Origin: an uncultured Gammaproteobacteria bacterium
GTDB lineage: Bacteria > Patescibacteriota > Patescibacteriia > Magasanikbacterales > GWA2-37-8
Direction of reading: 5' to 3'
NCBI GenBank assembly: GCA_964482695.1
Contig: CAYZYP010000002.1
Coordinates: 46,962-110,961, forward strand
Length of the DNA stretch: 64,000 bases
In this document: piece by piece, positions 39,146 to 48,346 of the stretch
How the letters are laid out: each line of letters starts with the position of its first letter
How positions within the stretch are numbered: position 1 is the stretch's first letter
The notes under the pieces: generated by a model
Databases searched by the model: none
The model's input: only the letters and a program-made list of their open reading frames with translations
What the model was told of the DNA's origin: nothing
Made by a program: the position numbers and the translations under genes

Positions 39146-39277
39146 ATGGCCAATTGCTCTAATTGTGAAATGCCAATGGAAAACGAGAGCGAACAATGCT
39201 CTTGTAATAACGAACTTTGCTTTCATTGTTGCGAATGTGATACAGATTGTGAATGTGCTTGCTCTGAAAAAGAATAA
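39146..39277 (+). CDS. Cys-rich metallothionein-like small protein (43 aa, 11 Cys), absent from ORF track
   Basis: MANCSNCEMPMENESEQCSCNNELCFHCCECDTDCECACSEKE*; terminator follows. Confidence 0.7.
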   Translation: MANCSNCEMPMENESEQCSCNNELCFHCCECDTDCECACSEKE

Positions 39278-39297
39278 TTAAAACAGCAGAAAAGTAT

Positions 39298-39327
39298 ATA
39301 ACCCCGACCAGTTCGGGGTTATTTTTT
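39298..39327 (+). terminator. Intrinsic terminator (CCCCGA/TCGGGG)
   Basis: ATAACCCCGA-CCAGT-TCGGGGTTATTTTTT. Confidence 0.75.
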
Positions 39328-39336
39328 GTTTGTTAA

Positions 39337-39484
39337 TAGACATTCATATTTATCTATTACTAGACACATAGATTTTGCCCAGCGGCAAAATCTATTCAAG
39401 TGCTCGACAAAAATTTTTTCCTTCGGGAAAAAACCATGCATTTTTGCCTCGCAAGCTCTAATAATAGATGAATATGAATGTCTA
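39337..39484. mobile_element. Family-A multibranch fold-back element, copy 2
   Basis: 28-bp outer IR (26/28); core homologous to 18672-18769. Confidence 0.8.
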
Positions 39485-39570
39485 CTCTAATTTATGTAAC
39501 AAAATAGCAATTTTTTCGTCTACTATGGTAAGCCTTAACAAGGAAAAGGCATTTTTTGTTTAATTTTGTT

Positions 39571-41319
39571 ATGAAATATAATACAAAACTGACATTTAAG
39601 ATATTTTGGCAACACGCTTTAAAGTATAAATTAGCGATGATTGTCATTTTTTTATCTGTTACCACTGGCGCGGCTTTTGGCGTCAGCACCCCGTATTTTT
39701 ATAAGAAATTTTTTGATGCCTTAACAAATAATGGCACTAAGGGCGACTTGCTGCATGTTTTGTTTTTCATCTTTTTAACCATGACTGGCGAATGGTTTTT
39801 TTGGCGTATTGCCGCTTTTGTCAACGCTTATTTTCAAACAAAAATGATGGGTGATTTGGCTGTTACCTGCTTTAAATACCTTCACAAACACTCTTTTGGC
39901 TTTTTTAATAATAACTTTGTTGGCTCTTTGGTAAAAAGAGTTAACCGTTTTTATCGCGCTTTTGAAGGTATTGCCGATCGCTTTACTTGGGATTTATTGC
40001 CAATCCTCACTAACATTATACTTATTATCATCATTCTCGCTAAAAGAAGTGTCTACCTTGGTTTGGCCATAATTGTCTGGATAATAATTTATTGCGTAAT
40101 TAATTATCTATTTACTATTTATAAATTAAAGTATGATGTTGAAAGAAGTAAGTGGGATAGCAAAGTAACCGGTGTTTTAGCCGACACCATCACCAATAAT
40201 TCAAACATCAAACTTTTTGTTGGTTATAACAGAGAGGTTAAAAACTTTGCTGGCGTCACAGAAAAATTAAACCGTTTAAGAAAATTTACCTGGGATCTGT
40301 CTAATATTTTTGAAGGTTTCCAGGTTATGTTTATGATTGCCTTGGAAATTGGTATTTTTTATATTGCCATAAATTTATGGTTTAAAAAAGCATTAACCAT
40401 CGGCGATTTTGTTCTTATTCAATCATATATTTTAACAATTTTCATGAAATTGTGGGATTTTGGTCGTGTTGTTAGAAATTTTTATGAAAATTTAGCTGAT
40501 GCCGAAGAAATGACCGAGGTTTTAAACACCCCGCATGGAATAACAGATGTTAAAAATGCCAAAAAATTACTTGTTAAAGAGGGTGGCATAAAATTTAATA
40601 AAGTAAATTTTTTTTACCATCAAACCAGGCCGGTGTTTGAAAATTTTAATTTAAATATTATCCCTCGTGAAAAAATCGCTTTAGTTGGCCCGTCTGGAGC
40701 TGGCAAAACCACTATAGTTAAATTGCTGTTGCGCATGCACGATGTAAGTCAAGGGGAAATAGTTGTTGATGGACAAAATATTGCCAAAGTTACTCAAGAA
40801 AGTTTGTGGCAAAATATTTCTATGGTGCCGCAAGATCCAATTCTTTTCCATCGTTCACTATTGGAAAATATTCGCTATGGCAAACCAGACGCAAATGACA
40901 AAGAAGTATTTAAAGCCGCGAAATTAGCTCACTGTCATGAATTTATTTCTGAATTTCCTGATGGTTATGAGACAAAAGTAGGGGAGCGCGGTATTAAATT
41001 ATCTGGTGGCGAACGTCAACGTGTGGCTATAGCGCGCGCTATTTTACGTAACGCGCCAATTTTGGTGTTAGACGAAGCCACCTCTAGTCTGGACTCGGAA
41101 TCCGAATCGCTTATCCAAGATGCTTTGGATGTATTAATGAAAAATAAAACTGTCATTGTTATAGCTCATCGTTTGTCTACTATTATGAAAGTAGATAGGA
41201 TACTTGTCGTGGCTGCTGGTGGAATTCTAGAACAAGGCACTCACACCGAACTACTAGCCAAAAAAGATGGCCTATACCAAAAATTGTGGAAAATTCAGGC
41301 TGGAGGATTTATTAGATAA
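39571..41319 (+). CDS. ABC exporter, fused TMD-NBD (MsbA/Atm1-like)
   Basis: GPSGAGKT, LSGGERQR, LDEATSSLD. Confidence 0.93.
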   Translation: MKYNTKLTFKIFWQHALKYKLAMIVIFLSVTTGAAFGVSTPYFYKKFFDALTNNGTKGDLLHVLFFIFLTMTGEWFFWRIAAFVNAYFQTKMMGDLAVTCFKYLHKHSFGFFNNNFVGSLVKRVNRFYRAFEGIADRFTWDLLPILTNIILIIIILAKRSVYLGLAIIVWIIIYCVINYLFTIYKLKYDVERSKWDSKVTGVLADTITNNSNIKLFVGYNREVKNFAGVTEKLNRLRKFTWDLSNIFEGFQVMFMIALEIGIFYIAINLWFKKALTIGDFVLIQSYILTIFMKLWDFGRVVRNFYENLADAEEMTEVLNTPHGITDVKNAKKLLVKEGGIKFNKVNFFYHQTRPVFENFNLNIIPREKIALVGPSGAGKTTIVKLLLRMHDVSQGEIVVDGQNIAKVTQESLWQNISMVPQDPILFHRSLLENIRYGKPDANDKEVFKAAKLAHCHEFISEFPDGYETKVGERGIKLSGGERQRVAIARAILRNAPILVLDEATSSLDSESESLIQDALDVLMKNKTVIVIAHRLSTIMKVDRILVVAAGGILEQGTHTELLAKKDGLYQKLWKIQAGGFIR

Positions 41320-41401
41320 ATTTTATTGTAAAACTTTTTATATTAAGTTATAATAAAAACACTCTACAATAGAGTGTTTTTATGTATTTGAGTGTATTTA
41401 T

Positions 41402-41878
41402 ATGATTAAATGTAAATTTGAAAATGGAAATTCGGCTAATTTACGCCACGTAACAATAGACGCGATAGCAATTAAAGATAATAAAATTCTTTTAGTTAGA
41501 CGAGCTAAAGGCAAACTTCTAGAGGGTGGCAAATACGCCCTTCCGGGCGGCCATTTAGATAGAGAAGAAAATACTCAACAAGGTATTTTACGAGAATTAC
41601 GTGAAGAAACTGGTTACGAAGGAAAAATAATTTCACTTTTTAGGATTATTGATAAGCCCGACAGAAAAGGAGAAGATAGACAAAATGTTGATTTTATCTA
41701 TCTAGTTGAAGCTGGTGAGCAGACATCCCAGCCAGATGACGAAAGTTCGGAGGTAAAGTGGTTTAATTTAAATAATTTACCCGATGAAAGTAGCATAGCT
41801 TTTGATCATTTTGAAACTATCCAATTATTTTTAAAGTATCAGAAAGAAAAAATAAAACTACCAATTTTACACTTATAA
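41402..41878 (+). CDS. NUDIX hydrolase
   Basis: LPGG...E..QQGILRELREETGY; AFDH. Confidence 0.92.
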   Translation: MIKCKFENGNSANLRHVTIDAIAIKDNKILLVRRAKGKLLEGGKYALPGGHLDREENTQQGILRELREETGYEGKIISLFRIIDKPDRKGEDRQNVDFIYLVEAGEQTSQPDDESSEVKWFNLNNLPDESSIAFDHFETIQLFLKYQKEKIKLPILHL

Positions 41879-41886
41879 ATAAGGAA

Positions 41887-41919
41887 GCCTCGGCGCGCAA
41901 TGTAAAGCGACGCCGAGGC
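41887..41919. terminator. Hairpin between the NUDIX gene and the tRNA operon
   Basis: GCCTCGGCG...CGCCGAGGC. Confidence 0.6.
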
Positions 41920-41922
41920 AAT

Positions 41923-41994
41923 ACGGGGCAAGAGGATTCGAACCTCCGACTGTGGGTTGTCAACCCACCACTCTGCCAACTGAGTTATGCCCCG
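41923..41994 (-). tRNA. tRNA, anticodon GAC (nominally Val) with atypical C1:G72 and U73
   Basis: CGGGGCA-TA-ACTC-AGTTGGCA-GAGT-G-GTGGG-TTGACAA-CCCAC-AGTC-GGAGG-TTCGAAT-CCTCT-TGCCCCG-T. Confidence 0.85.
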
Positions 41995-42000
41995 AAATAA

Positions 42001-42073
42001 AGCGGGAAGCTGGATTTGAACCAGCGACATCGAGTTTAAAAACTCGCGCTCTGCCATGCTGAGCTATTCCCGC
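42001..42073 (-). tRNA. tRNA-like gene with Gly-type acceptor stem and 6-nt anticodon loop TTTTAA (undetermined/pseudo)
   Basis: GCGGGAA-TA-GCTC-AGCATGGCA-GAGC-G-CGAGT-TTTTAA-ACTCG-ATGTC-GCTGG-TTCAAAT-CCAGC-TTCCCGC-T. Confidence 0.75.
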
Positions 42074-42085
42074 CTAACATAAAAA

Positions 42086-42114
42086 TTTATATCATTTTTT
42101 AGTGATCTAGTCAA
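42086..42114 (-). promoter_or_regulatory. Promoter of the two-tRNA operon
   Basis: Minus strand TTGACT-17bp-TATAAA, ~12 nt upstream of the first tRNA. Confidence 0.65.
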
Positions 42115-42120
42115 GCATCT

Positions 42121-45063
42121 ATGCGTGAATTAAATTCACATCAAAAACAAGCTGTTGAATATACCAAAGGCCCGTTAATTATTGTCGCTGGCGCGGGAAC
42201 TGGCAAAACTACCGTTATTACCAACAAAGTCGCTTATCTAATAGAAAAAAAACTGGCCCTGCCAGAAGAAATTTTGGTATTGGCGTTTAATGATAAAGCG
42301 GCCGAAGAAATAGTCGCGCGAGTAGATGAAAAACTTGATTTAGGTTACGTAGAATTACAAATTTCTACTTTTCACGCTTTTTGCCAAAAAATTTTAGAAC
42401 AATACGGACTAGAAATTGGTTTAAGCAACCAATTCAAAATATTAACTCAAACAGACGCTTGGATTTTAATACGACAAAATTTAGATAAGTTTAATCTTGA
42501 TTATTATCGCCCACTGGGCAATCCAACTCGCCATATTCACGAATTAATAAAACACTTTTCCAAATGCAAAGACGAACTTATTACCCCGCAAGAATACTTA
42601 GACTACGCCGAAAATTTAGAATTAGATAAAGATGACAACAATACAGAAGACAAAAGCAGGATTACAGAAATAGCTAACGCTTTTCATACTTACAATCAAT
42701 TATTATTAGATAACAACGCTTTGGATTTTGGAGATTTAATTCAATATGCCGTAATTCTTCTAGAAAAAAGAAAAAATGTGTCTAAACAATTACAAAATAG
42801 ATTTAAATATATTTTGGTTGATGAATTTCAAGATGTTAACTGGGCGCAGTATCAATTAGTAAGGTTTTTGGTTAATAATCAGTCACAATTAACGGTTGTG
42901 GGCGATGATGATCAATCAATTTATGCCTTTCGCGGGGCATCGGTCTCAAATATCATGCGCTTTAAAGATGATTTTCTCAAAGCCAAAGAAATAGTATTAA
43001 CAGAAAACTATCGTTCGGGGCAAAAAATCTTAGACACAGCTTATCAGTCAATACAAAATAATAACCCCGATAGGCTAGAAGCAAAACTGAAAATAGATAA
43101 AAAACTTAAATCCGCGTTAAAAATCAATAGCGAAGTTATTTATATCCACAAAACGACTCTGGACGATGAAACACGAGCGGTTGTAGAAGAAATAGGCAGA
43201 TTAAAAATAATAAACAAAGAAACAACTTGGGATGATTTTGCTATTCTAGTTAGAGCTAATAGCCATGCGCAACCTTTTATCAATATTTTAGAAGCCAAGG
43301 GTATTTCATACGAATTTTTAGCTTCTAGCGGATTATACCGCCAGCCGATTGTTTTAGATTGTTTAAATTTTTTCAAATTATTAAATAGTTATCACGAATC
43401 CACTGCTATTTATAGGCTACTTCGTTTACCATTTTTAAACTTTAAAGAAAATGATTTGCAAAAAATAACTTACAACGCTAAACGAAAAAGTATTTCCTAT
43501 TACGAGACAATAAAACGAGCGACAGAATTTAATTTGTCTCCAGATGGTCTAAAAATTTGTGATAAACTAATCGGTTTAATCCACGATGGGCTAAAAAACG
43601 CCCGTTTCAATAAGCCACACCGAGTATTGTACGAATTTTTAGAACAATCAGGATATTTAAAATATCTAGCTCATGAAGAAAACAAAAATAACAGAGAAGT
43701 TACTAGACAAATATACCAATTAACTCAGTTTTTTAATTATTTAAAAAAATACGAAGAAACGACTCCGGACGCGCATATTACTGATTTTATGATTCATTAC
43801 AATGATTTGGCTGAATCTGGCGATGAAGGCAATCTCTACCAACCTGTTGATACGCCGGATTCGGTTAATATTATAACCGTGCACAAAGCAAAAGGTTTGG
43901 AATTTAAATATGTTTTTGTTGTTAATTTAGTAGAAGACAGATTTCCAGCTCGCAAAAGGGGAGAGGGGATAGAAATGCCAGCTCCGCTTATTAAAGAACA
44001 ATTGCCAGAAGGTGATAGCCGCTTACAAGAAGAAAGAAGATTGTTCTATGTCGCCTTGACTCGCGCTAAAGAAAAATTATATTTAACCAGCGCCAGTGAT
44101 TATGGCGGAGTTAAAACTAAAAAAATTAGCAGATTTCTAGATGAATTGGGATATAAAATTATTAATTCTTTGCCGGAAAAAACAAACGAAATATTGATTA
44201 ATCAAAAAAACAAAAATTCTAACAATGACAATAATAAAGAAGGACTGGAATATTCCGTTCCAACCAATTTTTCTTTTTCACAAATCAAATCTTATAATAC
44301 CTGCCCTTATCAATACAAGCTGGGAAATATTATCAAGTTGCCCATAAAAGAAACTCATTATTTCAGTTTTGGTAATACGATGCATAATACTTTGCAAGAA
44401 TTTTATAAACGAATACAAATATTAAACAGCGCGCGACAAAACAGTTTGTTTGATTCGGTAGGGACAAGTCGCGAGATGTCTCCGTCTAATAATATTAATA
44501 TACCAGATTTAAAAGAATTATTATCTATTTACGAAGAAAAATGGCTAGATGAATGGTATTTAAACAAACAGCAACGTGAAAAATATTTTGCTGATGGTAA
44601 AAAAATGTTAACAGAATTTTATAATAGCCAAAAAAACAGCTGGACGATTCCTATAGTTTTAGAAGGGGGATTTAAAATAAAGATAAAAAATTATTTAATA
44701 AACGGGCGGATTGATAGAATAGATAAATTAGAAAAAGGCACCCTACACATTATTGATTACAAAACAGGAGCCAGCAAAGAAACCGCAGTTGGTGATGAAA
44801 AAGATCAGTTGCTGTTATATCAATTAGCTGTTTCTAGCTTGCCACAATATACTAATATTGGCTTACCGGAAAAATTAACTCTTTATTATCTAAAAGACAA
44901 TTTACAAACTAATTTTATAGGCAAAGACAAAGAAATAGAAAAATTGCAGAATAAAATAGCAACTACTATTGATAAAATTCAAGCAAAAGATTTTATGCCT
45001 ACTCCAGAAAAATTTACTTGTAAGAATTGCCATTTTAAAGATATTTGCGAATCTAGAATGTAA
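42121..45063 (+). CDS. UvrD/PcrA-like SF1 helicase fused to a PD-(D/E)XK nuclease with 4-Cys Fe-S staple (AdnAB/AddB-like)
   Basis: AGAGTGKT, VDEFQD, VGDDDQSIY, EERRLFYVALTRA; SFSQI..Y.TCPYQY, GRIDRID, IDYKTG, CKNCHFKDIC. Confidence 0.9.
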   Translation: MRELNSHQKQAVEYTKGPLIIVAGAGTGKTTVITNKVAYLIEKKLALPEEILVLAFNDKAAEEIVARVDEKLDLGYVELQISTFHAFCQKILEQYGLEIGLSNQFKILTQTDAWILIRQNLDKFNLDYYRPLGNPTRHIHELIKHFSKCKDELITPQEYLDYAENLELDKDDNNTEDKSRITEIANAFHTYNQLLLDNNALDFGDLIQYAVILLEKRKNVSKQLQNRFKYILVDEFQDVNWAQYQLVRFLVNNQSQLTVVGDDDQSIYAFRGASVSNIMRFKDDFLKAKEIVLTENYRSGQKILDTAYQSIQNNNPDRLEAKLKIDKKLKSALKINSEVIYIHKTTLDDETRAVVEEIGRLKIINKETTWDDFAILVRANSHAQPFINILEAKGISYEFLASSGLYRQPIVLDCLNFFKLLNSYHESTAIYRLLRLPFLNFKENDLQKITYNAKRKSISYYETIKRATEFNLSPDGLKICDKLIGLIHDGLKNARFNKPHRVLYEFLEQSGYLKYLAHEENKNNREVTRQIYQLTQFFNYLKKYEETTPDAHITDFMIHYNDLAESGDEGNLYQPVDTPDSVNIITVHKAKGLEFKYVFVVNLVEDRFPARKRGEGIEMPAPLIKEQLPEGDSRLQEERRLFYVALTRAKEKLYLTSASDYGGVKTKKISRFLDELGYKIINSLPEKTNEILINQKNKNSNNDNNKEGLEYSVPTNFSFSQIKSYNTCPYQYKLGNIIKLPIKETHYFSFGNTMHNTLQEFYKRIQILNSARQNSLFDSVGTSREMSPSNNINIPDLKELLSIYEEKWLDEWYLNKQQREKYFADGKKMLTEFYNSQKNSWTIPIVLEGGFKIKIKNYLINGRIDRIDKLEKGTLHIIDYKTGASKETAVGDEKDQLLLYQLAVSSLPQYTNIGLPEKLTLYYLKDNLQTNFIGKDKEIEKLQNKIATTIDKIQAKDFMPTPEKFTCKNCHFKDICESRM

Positions 45064-45077
45064 AATTAAAGACCCCT

Positions 45078-45368
45078 ATGCAAAATTTAGCCGAGATTTT
45101 CAAAAAACACAAAAACACTTCTCCTTTATGGCGAGGGGTTAATGCCTCTTTGATTGTAGAAGAAGCAAACAAAATATTAATAGAACTATTCGGCAAAGAA
45201 GCGTTAAAATATGCTAACGCTGTTTATTGTAAAAATAATATTTTAACCTTTGCCTGCCTTAGCTCTACTTTTGCTCAAGAAATAAAACTAAATAAAAATT
45301 TAATCATACTCAAAATAAACAAAAAATTTGGTTTAAACACTATTTTAAATATAAAATATTTGGCTTAA
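45078..45368 (+). CDS. DUF721/DciA family protein
   Basis: NNILTFACLSSTFAQEIKLNK..II.KIN pattern. Confidence 0.7.
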   Translation: MQNLAEIFKKHKNTSPLWRGVNASLIVEEANKILIELFGKEALKYANAVYCKNNILTFACLSSTFAQEIKLNKNLIILKINKKFGLNTILNIKYLA

Positions 45369-45491
45369 ATTAGCCACGTCTTGCCAAAAATAGTAAAAAA
45401 GTATACTATTAAGGTTATAAAGTTATATAATTTTTAAGGTTTATAAGATTTTTTGCATTATTTTATAACTTTTAACTTTAAATTACAAATT

Positions 45492-45884
45492 ATGACCCTT
45501 CGCCAATACTTAATACTGATGACCATAGGGACTACCTTGTGTTGGCTAGCATGGTTTTTTGTTGTCAGTAGTGTCAACCCACTAGAAACAGGCTTTTGGG
45601 GTATAGCTTTCTTTTATATTAGTCTTTTTCTGGCTTTTACAGGAACATTTTCTGTTATCGGTTTTTTGATTCGCCATCATTTTGTTAAAAATGATATGAT
45701 AATTTTTCATCATGTTAGACATACCTTTAGACAAGGAATTCTTGTTTCTTCTTTGTTTATAATTGCTTTAATATTGTTGCAACAAAAATTATTAACTTGG
45801 TGGAATGGTATAATTTTAGTTATTTTATTCGTAATTTTAGAAAGTATAATTTTTGCCAACAGAAAATACAAAAACTATGTTTGA
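45492..45884 (+). CDS. Conserved 4-TM hypothetical membrane protein
   Basis: VNP, FRQG, LLTWWN; hydrophobic. Confidence 0.75.
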   Translation: MTLRQYLILMTIGTTLCWLAWFFVVSSVNPLETGFWGIAFFYISLFLAFTGTFSVIGFLIRHHFVKNDMIIFHHVRHTFRQGILVSSLFIIALILLQQKLLTWWNGIILVILFVILESIIFANRKYKNYV

Positions 45885-46929
45885 TAAATTTTTTAATAAA
45901 TTTAGGAAAGATTTAAGTATTGATTTAGGTACGGCAAATACTTTGGTTTACGTCAAAGGACGCGGTATTGTTATTAATGAACCAAGCGTGGTCGCGGTAA
46001 ATACTAGAACCGAACAAATTTTAGCAGTTGGCAGCGAAGCCAAAGAAATGTTGGGAAAAACCCCGCCACACATAGTTACCACCAGACCGTTGGTCAATGG
46101 AATCATTTCTGATTTTGAGATAACAGAAAAGATGTTGCGTTATTTTATAGACAAAGTACGAGAAGAAAGCTCTACTTTTCTCTCTCGCCCACGAGTAATA
46201 ATCGGCGCTCCCCTAGACATAACAGAGGTAGAACGAAAAGCTGTCCAAGATGCCGCCTTAAACGCTGGAGCCAAAGAGGTATGGATAATAGAAGAGCCCA
46301 TGGCAGCTGCCATTGGGGCTAGGATGCCTATTCGTGAGCCAGTTGGTAATTTTATAGTAGAAATTGGCGGAGGCACCTGTGAGATAGCAGTAATTTCTTT
46401 AAGCGGAATAGTAACTTGGCGGTCGTTACCAATTGCTGGTGACGAATTAAATCGCAACATTATTCAATATGCTCGCGATGTCTTTAATTTACTGTTAGGA
46501 GAAAAACAAGCAGAAGAAATAAAAATAAAAATTGGTTCGGCTATAGAGCAAAAAGAACACAAACAATTTCCCATGCGTGGACGAGATTTGATTTCCGGCT
46601 TGCCAAAAGAAATAATGATAAATGACACGCAAGTACGTGAAGCTATTAGTAAATCTTTAAAAATTATAGTTGACAACATCAAGCAAACTTTGGAAATAAC
46701 CCCGCCAGAATTAGTAGCCGATATCCACGAGCGGGGTATTCTAGTATCTGGTGGCGGCGCCTTGTTGCGTGACATAGATGAATTAATCGCCAAAACCACT
46801 CAAATTCCAGTTCGCATAGCCGACGATCCATTAACATCTGTTGTTAGGGGCGGAGGAATATTGTTAGATGAACCAGAGTTATTGCAAGAAATTATAATTA
46901 AACCGGATGATAAAACAATATTTAATTAA
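45877..46929 (+). CDS. mreB: Rod shape-determining protein MreB
   Basis: IDLGTANT, EPMAAAIGA, EIGGGT, GGGALL. Confidence 0.97.
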   Translation: MFDKFFNKFRKDLSIDLGTANTLVYVKGRGIVINEPSVVAVNTRTEQILAVGSEAKEMLGKTPPHIVTTRPLVNGIISDFEITEKMLRYFIDKVREESSTFLSRPRVIIGAPLDITEVERKAVQDAALNAGAKEVWIIEEPMAAAIGARMPIREPVGNFIVEIGGGTCEIAVISLSGIVTWRSLPIAGDELNRNIIQYARDVFNLLLGEKQAEEIKIKIGSAIEQKEHKQFPMRGRDLISGLPKEIMINDTQVREAISKSLKIIVDNIKQTLEITPPELVADIHERGILVSGGGALLRDIDELIAKTTQIPVRIADDPLTSVVRGGGILLDEPELLQEIIIKPDDKTIFN

Positions 46930-46971
46930 AAAATTAACGCAGTTACTTTAACATAAGTGTTAATTTAATCT

Positions 46972-47784
46972 ATGGTGGCAACTAATTTAAAAATTAAAAG
47001 AAAGATCATTTTATTCCTAGGAGCAATTATAATGCTCATTTTTTTTCATTACTTGGGCTGGCTGGGTTGGCTGGAAAAAACAACCCGTAATTTATTTATA
47101 CCAATTTCAAAAACAACCCTGGAATGGCGAATCGTTATGAGTGATAAATATAACTCTTTTAAAAAAAGACAGGATTTAAGCAATTTATATTCTCAATGTT
47201 TAGAAAAGAACAAAACAGTAGATGAACAAAAAAGTAAAATTTCTGTTCTTTTGGAAGAAAACGATAAATTAAAAAAAATAGTCAATTGGCAAAGTAAAAC
47301 AAAATTATCAATTGTCAGCGCCAAAGTTGTCGGTAAGGGGGCGAATGAATTAGAAAAGACAATCATTATTGATATTGATGAAAAACAACAAATAAAAATC
47401 GGCCAACCAGTAATTGTTGGCGAGGGTATTTTGATAGGCAAAATAATTAAAATAGAAAATGGCGCTTCGATAGTTAGGCTTATAAATGATAACAAAAGCA
47501 AGGTAGTGGCCACTATTTTAAACAAAGATAAAAGTTTGGGGGTTGTTGAAGGCGGTTATGGTTTAAGCGTCAGGATGAACTTTATTCCTCGCAACGAGAC
47601 AATACTAATAGGCGATCAGGTAATAACCTCTGGTTTGGAAGAAAATATACCGCGTGGATTAGTTATAGGCGAAGTTGTGGTGGCTGAAAACGAATCCTAT
47701 CAACCTTTTCAACAAGCCATTTTAACGCCAGCCACAGACTTGTCCAAAATCACTGTCGTTAGCGTTATCTTATCTAGCAAATAA
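46972..47784 (+). CDS. mreC: Rod shape-determining protein MreC
   Basis: N-terminal TM, ENDKLK, GDQVITSGL..IPRGLVIG. Confidence 0.93.
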   Translation: MVATNLKIKRKIILFLGAIIMLIFFHYLGWLGWLEKTTRNLFIPISKTTLEWRIVMSDKYNSFKKRQDLSNLYSQCLEKNKTVDEQKSKISVLLEENDKLKKIVNWQSKTKLSIVSAKVVGKGANELEKTIIIDIDEKQQIKIGQPVIVGEGILIGKIIKIENGASIVRLINDNKSKVVATILNKDKSLGVVEGGYGLSVRMNFIPRNETILIGDQVITSGLEENIPRGLVIGEVVVAENESYQPFQQAILTPATDLSKITVVSVILSSK

Positions 47785-47807
47785 CACAAAATCATTTTAA
47801 CAGATGT

Positions 47808-48338
47808 ATGTTTTTTAAATATTGCCGGTCGCTACTATTAATAATAAGTTTATTTTTAGTTCATCTGGTTGCTATCAATTTTTTACCCGTGCCAATTAAT
47901 AAAATTAATTTAATATTTTTATTTCTTCTTTGGCAAATAATTTATAAAAATAAACTACTTATTGGATACTCTTTGATTTTTGCCTCCTTGTTAGAATTAT
48001 TTAGCAGTACACCTTTTGGCGTAAATCTCGTAATTTATCCCGCTAGTTTATTGATCATATACTGGTTTTCGAAAAATATCCTTACCAACCGGTCGTTTTT
48101 TACCATTATTATTATCACCGCTCTGGGTACGGTTATTTTCAAATTAATTTTTTATTTTTCTCTTGTAATTTTAAATATTTTTATCCCTTCTTTATTTGCT
48201 TTAAATCAAGAAATCTTTATATTAGCCGGCTGGGAAGTCTTGTTTAACAGCCTTTTTTCCGCGATAATTTATTTGATAAATTACAATATCTTAAAAAATT
48301 TAAACCCCACATTTCTTAAAATAAACAAAAGGTTTTGA
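47808..48338 (+). CDS. mreD: MreD-like membrane protein
   Basis: 5 TM, LELFSSTPFG; between mreC and mrdA. Confidence 0.75.
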   Translation: MFFKYCRSLLLIISLFLVHLVAINFLPVPINKINLIFLFLLWQIIYKNKLLIGYSLIFASLLELFSSTPFGVNLVIYPASLLIIYWFSKNILTNRSFFTIIIITALGTVIFKLIFYFSLVILNIFIPSLFALNQEIFILAGWEVLFNSLFSAIIYLINYNILKNLNPTFLKINKRF

Positions 48339-48346
48339 ATCGTATT

